A stretch of DNA of 64,000 nucleotides from Selaginella moellendorffii. Taxonomy: Eukaryota > Plantae > Lycopodiophyta. A program made the position numbers and the translations under genes. The stretch covers positions 294,680 through 358,679 of the forward strand of contig NW_003314281.1 of the NCBI RefSeq assembly GCF_000143415.4, written 5' to 3'. The notes beneath the pieces are model-generated. The model saw only the letters and a program-made list of their open reading frames with translations. It had not been told where the DNA came from and searched no databases. Below are positions 31,871 through 44,616 of this stretch, piece after piece; position 1 is the stretch's first letter, and each line of letters starts with the position of its first letter.

Positions 31871-34800
31871 AGGGCATGAAGACCATTTTATGAAATTGCC
31901 CAGTGGAATTAACATAAAGGTCAAATTTTCTAGTGTATGATAGTCTATTCTAGATAAATTTGTTTGTGGAATGATATTAGGTAATTTTTCAAAAATGTGA
32001 TATCTAATTCGTGAAAAACTTTGCTTCAGATCTAAACAAAAATTACTTTTTAATGCAAATTTCTCTTTAGCCTCTTTGCAAATGGGTAATACAAATCCCT
32101 ATTCAAGTTTATATAACAAACTTTTGAGCTTTGCAATATATTTCAAATTTTTTGGAAGTGTCTAAAGTTATTTCACCTTTTTAGATAAAGTTATTTCACC
32201 TCTAAGCTTGTTTTAGTTTTTTAGAGATCAAAGTGACGATAGTAGCATCTCCAATACTAATGCTTATGCCTAGTAGCAAATTCTATAGCTCTTTGTTCCA
32301 TATTTATGGCATAAAGCCTCTTGATTGCTTCGTCTAGCAAAAGCTTGATTAGTATATAGGGTGATTTGTGCATTCCAAATATAGATGGAAATTGAGCTAA
32401 CTAGAATAGTTGTATAATTTTGCCTACGTAGAAAATATTCACTAGGTGGAAATTCTCTTATGTAAGGAGGTATGTATACCAGTGGACCACATTTTATAAA
32501 GGGTGGTTTATGCTTTGTAAAGAGTGTTTCATATCTAGAGTGATGAGTATTTCCACTATCAATTGAATGTCGCGCAACTAGTTTAAAGAGTGGATTTTCA
32601 TGCCTATTCACTTGTATATTTACTCTTTATCTATGCTTCACTTTAAAGGATATAGGGCGTGTTTCATGTGATTGCCTTTGATTCCTCCCTATGGGGTTAG
32701 ATGTGATGTGAGTGCTCTCAAAATTTATAGGAAAGTGACACTTTTCACACTAAATAGTGTTTGTAATCTCAAATGTTTAAGTAAGCTCTCTATGTATAGA
32801 AGATCAGCCTTGATTAATTTGCTTAGGCGTTCTAGGCATAGAGCAGTTCAAACAGTTAGAACAATTTGTGATAACTGCTTCTAAATTTTCAACTTGTAAG
32901 TTTTGTTCAAGTCTCATAGGCTTTTGCAATATACATAAGAGATTTAAACTCGGGATAAGTCTACTCTCAAACTATATCTAAATAATTGTTCAAGCTAAAG
33001 GACTATGCATCAAAGTCTTGAGATAGAACAATATTCTAATTATAATTTTGCCTTTGTTAAAGCCTTGTAGAATTTGGGTGAATAATTCCTCAATTTATTT
33101 TCTTACTAAGGTTGGTTCTAGCTCTATTTAAGCTAAAATCAAAGACAAGAGTTACAAATGCCTAATTTTTCTACTTATGTATGCCTAAAAAAATTATGAC
33201 ACACTATTAAAAAATATATCCTTTAAAAGCTTAAGTGAGAACTTGCTTAAAAGGAAAAAATTCTAGAGTAGTTAATTTTATTTTTCATATCAAACAAACC
33301 CATTCCTTCTTCTTTTGGATTTTTCTTAAGAAATTGCTAGCTAAACAATTTAAACTACAAAGTTTATTAAAGATCACAAAGATTAATAGAAATAAAGAAT
33401 ATTTCCTAAGATCCAAAGGATGATTTGTTTTCCAATGTTTGAAGAATTTTTCTTGAAATTTCTAGGACCAGAAAATCTTCCTTCAGCAAGGATTGGTTAG
33501 ATAAATATTCTATTATTCTATTTTAGAACTTGGGGTTTTTAAAAGCCAAGAGGTTAAACTAAGTTATGGAATACTTTGTTTCTTTATAGGAGGCCTAGAA
33601 TAAACACTATTTTAACAATATAGAATAGAATTTTATTCCTTTTTTTATGTCTTAGTCATATAGTGCATTAGATTAAAAAAGAATATTCAATTTAAGAGAA
33701 TAAGCTAATTGAATTTTTTAAAATAATGTTATTTTATTAACTAGTAAATATTATAGGTCTATTAGACTGGACACATCACAAAAATTATAATACTAGTAAC
33801 TTGAGTTTTACCAGATTAAAGCTGACTTAAATTTTTCACATTTATCTCCACTTATTAACTAGAAGAATGATATAATTATTTAGTTTGAAAAATTAGAGTT
33901 ATAATAAACCAACTCCCCAAGGTTTTATAGGCTAAAGGATCCCCCATAATCAAAACTAAAATAATAAAGAGTTTGTCAAATGAAACTAAGTTTAGAACCA
34001 AGTTTGAGACCAAGTTCAATACTAAGCTTGAGACCAAATCTTAAATCTAAGATTGGGTTTGGTGCTGAGTCTCAAATCTGAAATATCTATTAGCATCAAT
34101 CTCATACAAAATTCATCTTCAAGATCAAAACTGATAGAGAATATAACAAGTGGTTTTCACAAATTGATAGAGTTAATTTTTCAAATACAGTTTTTCTAGT
34201 GGTGTTCTCATCCAAATGTAGTCCTTATTTTATTTATATATATTCTTGTGGAAATTATCCATTTAGAAAGGTTACATTTGATTAATAATTAGATTGTAGT
34301 GAGCAATGAAGAATAGACTAATTTTATTTTCAAAAATTAGAAAAAATATCTTTATGAAATTAATATTTCCCTTAATAGTGATATTGCAACCAATTTAATT
34401 GTTGCTAAATTTTATTTTATTTAAGCCTTTCTAAATATAATTATACAAGAAAAAATGTATTTATGAAATAAACATTTTTGATTAGTAAAAAACATGTGTT
34501 ACAAGTCTAACTTTGTAACTTGTGATATTGCCTCTTCTATTAGTTTAATATTTGGTGGTGATAATTGATATCAATGGTTTAACTTATTATGAATGGAGTG
34601 TAGGTATGATTCTAGATATATTCCTAGATATATTCTTCTATTTATTTTTGGGAATGGATGAAACAGTTTTCCTTGGCATCTATACTCCTTCCATGTCTAT
34701 TCATCCTCTCAGAACTTAATCAAGATTAACTAATTATAAATTATAGTAGAGATTTTTGAGATTTTATAAATGTCCACTATAAAGGTTTTAAAATATGGAT

Positions 34801-35982
34801 ATCAACTTCAGTTTTAAGTAAGAAAAAATGAATCTTATACACTTGGTTTGTAGTATTTGATGTAGTAAACAAGACATGTAAGACATTCTCTTACAATAAT
34901 TTTTCTATGAAAGGTTTCTATCATATCTTCATGTAGCCTTTACAAAAAATTCTTCATCTGTTAAATGAGATATTCAACATATTGTATGTAAGTTTTGAAA
35001 GATGTTAGCAATTTTGAGGAGCAAGCAACTGAGAAGAACTTTTTTCTAGCTACTCTCAACCCTATGTCATCAATACTATAATAGCTAGACACTACATTTA
35101 TTTCTTCTTTTCATTTTTTAGTGACAAAGAAGCTGAAGCCAATTTCTACACACCTTTATCACACTATACATATTTTAATTTGTAAATAAATTTAACAAAA
35201 TATTTAAAAATAATTAATAATTAATAACCTAATAGGTTATTAAAGTTAAAGATAATATTTAACACCTTTAAACTAACCAGTTATATATTCTAAATTATCT
35301 TTATAATATTTACATAAAAAGATAACAACATATATAGACTATTGATTATATAAAGTTTATATATTTATCCTTCCAAATTTTTAAATATATAGTAAAAAAA
35401 ACACTTAGATATATGGATATAATAGTACTATTTTTAATATAGTGGAATTTTGATAGCCATCAAATTAGTTTCAATCTAGACCACTCACTCCTATATATAA
35501 ATAGGGTTTTAAGCTAATCATATATGCATATTTTTATATTCTATATATTCATATTAGTGGAGTGGAGGGACAATTCTGATTGTCCTTAAGGAGTGCTTAA
35601 ATTTGTATTTTTGGTATAGATTTAGATTTTGCATCATTTAAATCTCATTTATTATTATAACTTTTTCAATTCTTCTCTTTCATTTTTCTTCTTTGCATTC
35701 ATTTTCATTATAAAGTAACATATTCCTTCTTTATAGCAACCTTCTCTTACTTTGACTCTAGAGCACTAATTGGTGCAATTGCTTAATGTTATATGGCTAT
35801 AGTTGAATAATTAGACATAATCAATGATAGCATTTATGGCACGTGGTGCAATTCCTTTTTCTTTTGCTACCGATCTCTATGTCTGGCTAAATTTCTTTTA
35901 TGGGAATTCTACGGATGGATATATACTATTGATTTGATTACTTTATAATGATTTCCAATTATTATTCTTTGGATAATTCTTA

Positions 35983-36169
35983 TATAAGTAACCAAATAAA
36001 ACAACTCAAGAAACAATCTATGGGGATAGAGGGAAAGGGCTCATTAATAAAAGTACATTTCTCTTTTCAATTAATTAAGAGTTTTGGAATACTTAGGGTT
36101 AATTATCCTTGGATTTAAGTAGTACTAAGCTGGGTAACCTTCGGAGAAGTCTAAATTCAAGAGCTTACA
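35983..36169 (+). repeat. Degenerate Cassandra solo LTR
   Basis: GGGTTAA...TAGTACTAAGCTGGGTAACCTTCGGAGAAGTC...GAGCTTACA matches the other Cassandra LTRs. Confidence 0.7.
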
Positions 36170-37263
36170 ATCTAGTGTCTACATAGATGTTTTTAATATT
36201 AGTCTTAGAGGTGTGTTGGTGCAAAAGAGCATGAATGTGCATATAATTGTGGGACACAAATCTCTAAGCCCCAAAGTGGAGGCCAGAACTTCTAAAAAAG
36301 TGCCCAAGGAATGAGTATTAAACAATCAGTAAACAAGTCTCTAAAAAAGGACATAAGATAACACAATACAAGATCATTATTAGAGGGACCAATAAGGAGA
36401 GTCTAACAAGGAGTCTGGGACTGAGATGGAGTCCCAAATGAAGACCAAGATGGAGATCTAGACCGGGACCAAAACTGGGATTGAGACTCCTCATGGATAG
36501 ACCACTCATAGACAAATGGCCTATAGTATAGGTGGTCTTAGACCACTAATGAAACAAAGGTAAATGGACATAGTCTTAGTGTAACAGGCTGAGATGTCAG
36601 TAATACCTTGGGGGTGTCTCTCATGGGATCAGATATGTGGAGCACTTAGACCAAGTGTAAAGGCTGAGTGGCATAGATGCCATTCATGAGTTAGCATATC
36701 CCCAAGTTGGGAGTAAGACTTATAGAGGTTGTGAGTGAGACTCCTCCAAATGGTCAAATGTGTGTGTGTGGTTAAATGACAAAAATAGAATGGAAAATTT
36801 AGTCGCTTACAATTTGGTATAGAAGTTGTTCTTTAATCTAACTTTTATTAGTGGTCAAGTATATCACCACTTGTATTGGCCTTGGAAGGTCCCTGGAATG
36901 TGCCTATCATTAAGGAGTAGCATTGTAGTGCACGAGGTTTTGACCCTTTATCCTATGGTGATTTACCATAGGATAACACTACAAAGCAGAACCTAAACCC
37001 TCTTTATGCCAAATGACACATGCCACATGTCCATAGGACAGTGGTGTGGAACCTGAGTTTCAAGGCCTTGCACCACTAAATGAAAGAATGGTGCCAAGCT
37101 CCCAAGCATGGAGCCAAGGAGTGACAGAACCAGACCACGGAGCAACTCTTAGGCATACAATCTAAGGAGCGAAGGGATAGGAGCCCGGAGTGACATGGAA
37201 CAATCTTAGAGCAACTAGCATCCCAAAGCTAGAACTAGCACGCAAAACGGAGTCAAACGGAGT

Positions 37264-40200
37264 TGTAAGCGACTAAATTTTCCATTCTACTTTAGTCACT
37301 TAACCACACCTCCGACCACTTGGAGGAGTCTCATTCACAACCTCCATCAGTCCAATTCAGGACTTGGGACTTGCTAGCCCCAAGAATGGCATCCATGCCA
37401 CTCAACACTTGCACCTAGTCCAAGTGCTCCACGTGTCCGGTCCCAAGACCGACACCCAAAGGTACCACTGACATCTCGGCCCGTTACGCTAAGGCCATGC
37501 CCATTCACCTTTGCTGCACTAGTGGTCCAATACCACTTGCATCACCATCCCGTCTCTCCAAGACTGGGCCATCTGTCCACAAGTGGTCATCCTAGATCCA
37601 CACCTTAGCATCCTTAGGATGCCCACAGACCTGGGGAATCACCTTCCCCAAAATCCCTTTTTCAGTTCCTACCAAGTCCCTTTCTGCCCCTAGCCGTGTT
37701 TGCCAACACTGCCACTGGATCGAGGCCCACAGGCCCGACCACTAAGTCCCATGGTCCTCTGGGACTTCCTCACCACACGACTGTGTCCTTGGTCACTACC
37801 CCAGAGGACTGCTCCTCTTCCTTTCCACAGTCTGGGCCTTCGGGACAACATTTCGGAACACCGTGGCCTTACACGAGCCATCTGGGTACTCTCCCCACCT
37901 TTTGCCTTTAGGTGCTCTAGCCATGGGCTTAGAGCGAGGTTCCGTTGAGCCACGCCTGGTATCCAAGTAGGTAGTGCCACCCACACTTGGACTGGGAGCA
38001 TCGGCCAGTCGATCTCCCGGGGGAACTAGAGCCGGCTCTGGAACACTTCACCAAGCTACCCCGCTTGTCGGTCCGTATTCACTCTAGTCTTAGACTTCCC
38101 AATGATCAGTTCATCACCCAACACTGGGTCTGGCCTTTCTGGGCCAAATTGGCCTTTCCTGGCCAAACTGGCTCCACTGCAATCCTCCCCCTTACTATAC
38201 TTTTGGAGCTCACCAAACCCCCTAGGGTCTAGGAGACGAACGCTTTGGGCTTTCACCCTCTCAAACTCGAACTCAGACTCAGACTCGGACTCGGACTCGG
38301 ACTCGGACTCGGACTCGGACTCGGACTCGAGCTCGGACTCGGGCTCGGGCTCGGGCTCGGTCTCAGCCTTGGCCTCGGTCTCGGTCTCGGTCCCGGTCTT
38401 GGTCCCGGTCTCGGTCTCGGTCCCGGTCTCAGTCCCGGTCTTGGTCTCGACCTCGGACTCCATCTCGGGTCCTTCTCGGACTCCATCTCGGACTCCATCT
38501 CGGACTCCATCTCGAACTCCGTCTCGGTCCATCTCGGACTCCATCTCGGGTCCATCTCGGACTCCGTCTCGGTCCACCTCGGACTCCATCTCGGACTCCA
38601 TCTCGGGTCCATCTCGGACTCCATATCGGACTCCATCTCGGACTCCACTTTGGGCTCCATATCGGACTCCACTTCGGGTCCATCTCGGACTCCAACTAGG
38701 GTCCGTCTCGGACTCCATCTCGGACACTTCCACGTGTCATGTGTTGGTCCTTTTTGGGTCCCTTTTTGGAGCCTCACTTATTGCTCGCTTCGTGCTTGTT
38801 CCTCGAGCCCTTTGTTGGGAGTTCCACTCCCGCTCTCGACCTTCCAAGTCGGAGCTTTTAGTCCAAACATGTTACCCTCGTTTGGGCTTTCGCTTCGGCC
38901 ACTACCACGTGGCACCTTTTCCAGCTCCACTTTGGGGCCTAGGGATTTTGTGTCTCACAACTCCACCACCCATAGACGAAGTTCGATGTCCTCATCGAAC
39001 GGTAAACCATTTTATAAAGTAACACCCGTATATGTTACCATTTCCATCCTTAGCACCTAGCCAATATTTGTCAATGGTTTGACATTGAAGGCTCACCATG
39101 CCTTCTCCATATTCGTCAATGGTTTGACACCAAAGGCTCACCATGCCTTGCTCATCCTCTAAGGAGGATAGTCTCTCCAACTTAGAGACTCACTTGACCA
39201 CCTAGGGTGGTTTGCTCCTTTTTATTGGTTCAGTTCTTGCTAAACCCGTTAGAGACACCCTCTCTAACTCAATTCCACCACTCATTCTTGAGTAGTCACA
39301 AATTCCATTGATCTACCTTTGCACTTTGGAACGTTTACTCTTGACCTTTTGGAGTCAATTTCCTAGGTGTCTCTAACACCTTGCCTTGCACATTTTGTGT
39401 AACTCCACTTCCCCTCCTAGGAAGTTCTCTACTCGAGGGCACCCTCATCCTCTTTTCTATTTTTGTGCCACCATTGGCATTACGTTCCATTTATCATTAT
39501 CTGTGCTAGGGTTGTCCACGGCCCTATCTTTTGGCTACTTAGTTGCTCCCTCACTTGGAGCCTTTCCTTTGCCCAATTCGAGCACTTGGGAATCCATCCT
39601 TGGAAGTCCACTTCTTTTTCCGCAATCCGTTAGCATCAAACACATTACTGTTCCTTGGCTAACTTTGCCACTTGGATTCTTTCCAATGGATTCCACAGCC
39701 TATCTTGGGCACTCGTCTTTTGCTCCTATCCTTGGATTGTTGCACCGAGCAATATAGGATCATTACCTCCCTCCTTGAGGTGTTCTTTTGGTTCCATAGC
39801 AAAGGATCTGCTTTGCCCAGACTAGGGTGTTCACCCCTAGTAAGTCTCCTCACTGTTCTAGGCTCTCTTCCTAGCCCAACCTTGTGACCCACCCATGGGC
39901 CTGTCTCTGGAGACTATTTTCTTGAACTCATAATACCATTATATTGTAGTAGTTCATTTCCCTTAGGTGTCCTTCCCACTTAGTCACCTTGACCAAGCCA
40001 CACCTAGTTCAAATCAACACTTTGAACTAGGAATCATATTCCTTAACCCAAACAAAGACCTTGTCTTTGTTTAGCCATAAGATCACATAGTGATCTCATC
40101 TTGACCCCTTAATAGATCTACCAATAGGAATTAGGTCTTCCAGACCTTACTAAGTTGTTGACTATGACCCCGGGGGCATCCCTCACACTTGGCGGTGTGC

Positions 40201-43200
40201 CCAAGCTAGCCCTTCCGGCCAAGGATCCATAGCAACTAAGACTGGGTGTCCCCATCTCATTCACCACCTCTTTGGTGCCTTTTAACTGTGCATCACGACT
40301 CCGAGGCATCCCTCGCTTGGCGGTGTGCCCAAACCAGTCTCCTCACTGAGAGTCCATGACCACCGAAATATGAGTGTCCTCATATTCCAAACCATCACCA
40401 TGCCCTAGTGATTTGGGACTCGAACCCAAGCACTAGAGGGTCGGGACTCGAACCCAACCTTCGTATATGCATCTACGGACGGCATCACCCAGGATGCCTG
40501 GCGTGACTCCCCACGCCGGTGCACCAACTTATACTCAAAGCGCACTATAGATCACAGCTTAGGAACCTAGTTCCTCCACACTGCCAAGTCCTCTCACTTG
40601 ACAAGTTTGTGATCATGCATGGACTCCTCCATGCTTGGCCCCATGGCCCACCCCTTTTGAAGTTATCACCTTCAGCTAGAGTATTTGTTCCCCTGACTTG
40701 CCAATCTCGCTTTGGCAAGCCCTCCGACCACTGTAACATGGTTCCTGCACAAGCGTGAAAGCCCTTGATCATCGACTTTCATTCAAAGCCCTCTCTTTGA
40801 ACACTCGGGAACTACTTCCCTAACCTTGATAGCCTTGCCTCATGGCAAGCTTCAAGACCACGCTTTTGCTGCGCCACTCTGATTTCGCGCGTTCCTTGAA
40901 CCATTTATGCTTGGCCTTTCTAGGTACTAAGCTACCTAGAATCATCTTTGGGAACCTTGAAGGAACTCTGTCCTTTAGCTTGTTAAGGCCTCCCTTTTTG
41001 CAAGCTTTCCAATTACCATATAGTCTAACATGGAAAATTCCATATTTTCGACTCTCCATGGCATCACGGTTGCTAGCGGCAACACCCTCGAGCCCCCACT
41101 TGATTCTCCACTCCCAGCTGGCATAATCAACCTTGGTTATGCCCTTTGATTCCTATGGTTCGGTTCTACCCCCTTACTTCTTGCTTTTGGCTTCACACCT
41201 TTCCTTTGGTCATTCTCCTCTAGACCAAAAGGATAGCTTTGCACTTTCTATCATGCCTTAGCAAGTATTCTTAGGGATGAACGTACCCGATAGCCTAGGG
41301 AGTGGTTCCTCAATCCAGGTATGCTCATCCTATAATCCTATACACCGAGATTACGTTGTTGCTTATGGGCCTTTACATGCCCATCGCTAGCCTTGCCAAA
41401 ATTCCATTTTTGGCTTTGTCCAATTCGAGTAGACAGTCTTCTCCTGTCTCCGCCACCTTGGACATTTGGATAGCACCTTCTATCCATCTTTCACTAGGGA
41501 CTTAGTCCCTTGGGCCTTATCTATTGCCCTTGCGACATCAAACACCACCTCCTGGTATTCTAGAGTGTTCGGGTGTCCCAATGACGGCTTCCTTGACAAT
41601 GAGTATTTCCTTTCATGACATTGACTTACTATATCGCAACATAAGCAACTTATCTCCCGTAAGGGTATATCCAACTTCCTTATGCCATTAAGAAGGCTTG
41701 GGTAGCTACCTTCTACCCGTTTAACCAATTATTTTGCACCTCTTGCTTAGTTGCCTCATAGTTGTCAAGTCCTACAACTCATTGCTGGTGTTTCCACACC
41801 TCCATCATTATCTGGGTCACCACACTCCAACTGCATACTCTGCAACTTAGGCTATGCCATTCCCATTTCCATTGGGATTTCTTTGGCAAGGGGTTCTCAT
41901 GAACCCACCAACATAGCCTCAAGGTATCACACCTTGGCACATTTGGTGTTTCCACACCATCGGCTCCACGAGCCTACTTCTATGACACTTCTTCTTTGTG
42001 TCTAAGTCTTTGTCAAGACTAATACCACTCTTTCTCATGCCAACCATCCGTTAGCATATAGAGGTCACACACAACTTTGTTTCAAAGTTGTTTTCTTTTG
42101 GGAACACCCTTCCCACGACTTTAGCATGGCACATTTTGCCATCGATGAGATACCCTCTGCTCTCATCCTTGGATCGTATGATCCCCCCCCCATCCTTCAT
42201 GGGGTACCACACACCTCAGTCCAAATGCTTTCATCAATCCTTTAGGATTATTCCTTGACTCTATTGGAGTCATCCAGCCTTTTGAACTTTGTCATCCAAC
42301 GACCCATGAGGTCCTACCTTTGAGGTGCCAGCTCACTGGAATACAACTTCTTGTATTCAGATCCTACTCACAAGGACCATCTTTGCAAGTGTTACTCCGA
42401 CACTTGATTTGTTCTCTTGGGGCAACTTTTTGCCTCTTAGTACCACTTGTCCCTGTGATGAGAATACCAACTCCTCTTTAAGTACATCCCCAACTCCTTG
42501 GGTTGTTCCAGCATTTATCAAGGGTAACCTCAGCTACCATTTCGAGGACTTGTGTCCTCTCCTATATTTGACCTCCCATGGTCATCAATTCGGTCTCAAA
42601 GTTCTGAGCACCGGCCTCAACTATATGAGGGTAATCTTGTGACTCCTTTATTATTTTGGAGTCTACATCTTTCCTATGATCCCAATTATAGTTGTTTACC
42701 ACAACTACGTTAGCCCGTTTGCTGTGTCAAACGCTCATCTGGATCACATCCTCAGCTCTCTGAGGAAACCTTATACTGTTCCCAAGATCCCAAAGTCGTT
42801 CTATTATTAGCCCTTTTCTATCCACCACATCGTGCCCAAGTTCACGCATGAACTTGAGTGGAGAGCCATGTCTTCTCGACATGCTACTCCTCAAGGATAG
42901 GCCCACTCCTAGGACCTTCCAATGCCAACATCAATGGTGATATACTTGAGCACCAATAAAAGTCGGACTAAGGAACAGCTCCGATACCAGGTTGTAAGCG
43001 ACTAAATTTTCCATTCTACTTTAGTCACTTAACCACACCTTCGACCACTTGGAGGAGTCTCATTCACAACCTCCATCAGTCCAATTCAGGACTTGGGACT
43101 TGCTAGCCCTAAGAATGGCATCCATGCCACTCAACACTTGCACCTGGTCCAAGTGCTCCACGTGTCCGGTCCCAAGACCGACACCCAAAGGTACCATTGA

Positions 43201-44616
43201 CATCTCGGCCCGTTACGCTAAGGCCATGCCCATTCACCTTTGCTGCACTAGTGGTCCAATACCACTTGCATCACCATCCCGTCTCTCCAACACTGGGCCA
43301 TCTGTCCACGAGTGGTCATCCTAGATCCACACCTTAGCATCCTTAGGATGCCCACAGACCTGGGGAATCACCTTCCCCAAAGTCCCTTTGTCAGTTCTTA
43401 CCAAGTCCCTTTCTACCCCTGGCCGTGTTTGCCAACACTGCCACTGGATCGAGGCCCACAGGCCCGACCACTAAGTCCCATGGTCCTCTGGGACTTCCTC
43501 ACCACACGACTGTGTCCTTGGTCACTACCCCAGAGGATTGCTCCTCTTCCTTTCCACAGTCTGGGCCTTCGGGACAACATTTCGGAACACCGTGGCCTTA
43601 CACGAGCCACCTGGGTACTCTCCCCGCCTTTCGCCTTTAGGTGCTCTAGCCATGGGCTTAGAGCGAGGTTCCGTTGAGCCACGCCTAGTATCCAAGTAGG
43701 TAGTGCCACCCACACTTGGACTGGGAGCATCGGCCAGTCGATCTCCCGGGGGAACTAGAGCCGGCTCTTGAACACTTCACCAAGCTACCCCGCTTGTCGG
43801 TCCATATTCACTCTAGTCTTGGACTTCCCAGTGGTCAGTTCATCACCCAACACTGGGTCTGGCCTTCCTGGGCCAAACTGGCCTTTCCTGGCCAAACTGG
43901 CTCCACTGCAGTCCTCCCCCTTACTATACTTTTGGAGCTCACCAAACCCCCCAGGGTCTGGGAGACGAACGCTTTGGGCTTTCACCCTCTCAGACTCGAA
44001 CTCGGACTCGGACTCGGACTCGGACTCAGGCTCGGGCTCAGGCTCGGTCTCGGTCTCGGTCCCGGTCTTGGTCCCAGTCTCGGTCTCGGTCCCGGTCTCG
44101 GTCCTGGTGTCGGTCTCGACCTCGGACTCCATCTCGGGTCCTTCTTGGACTCCATCTCGGACTCCATCTCGGACTCCATCTCGGTCCATCTCGGACTCCA
44201 TCTCGGGTCCATCTCGAACTCCATCTCGGTCCATCTCGGACTCCATCTCGGACTCCATCTCGGGTCCATCTCGGACTCCATATTGGACTCCATCTCAGAC
44301 TCCACTTTGGGCTCCATATCGGACTCCACTTTGGGTCCATCTCGGACTCCAACTAGGGTCCGTCTCGGACTCCATCTCAGACACTTCCACGTGTCATGTG
44401 TTGGTCCTTTTTGGGTCCCTTTTTGGAGCCTCACTTATTGCTTGCTTCGTGCTTGTTCCTCGAGCCCTTTGTTGGGAGTTCCACTCCCGCTCTTGACCTT
44501 CCAAGTCGGAGCTTTTAGTCCAAACGTGTTACCCTCGTTTGGGCTTTCGCTTCGGCCACTACCACGTGGCACCTTTTCCAGCTCCACTTTGGGGCCTAGG
44601 GATTTTGTGTCTCACA
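37264..44616 (-). mobile_element. Full-length non-autonomous LTR retrotransposon (LARD-like family C): 5' LTR 42993-44616, 3' LTR 37264-38959
   Basis: TG...CA LTRs, perfect TSD GGAGT, tRNA-Met PBS TGGTATCGGAGC at about 42975-42992, PPT CTATGGGTGGTGGAGT. The internal region of about 4 kb has no intact gag/pol ORF. Confidence 0.92.
38262..38726. repeat. 6-bp (GACTCG/GGTCTC) and 12-bp (GGACTCCATCTC) minisatellite arrays inside family-C LTRs; also at about 43990-44380, 47600-47838, 51190-51408, 55275-55935 and 60585-61040
   Basis: Direct reading. Copy-number changes explain most of the LTR length variation (1.62-1.89 kb). Confidence 0.92.

Noticed and set aside
31900-35200. Possible decayed LINE ORF2 on the minus strand, and an ORF1-like remnant at about 28250-29700
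   Set aside because: Too degenerate; I could not read a diagnostic motif with confidence.
37987-39060. Long ORFs in several frames within family-C LTRs (SDSISG, MESEMESE, PRWSPRWS, GLHLG; also 43716-44693, 55192-56211, 60324-61100)
   Set aside because: They arise from stop-free 6- and 12-bp minisatellites, are open on both strands, often use non-ATG starts and are broken in some copies. No domain evidence.
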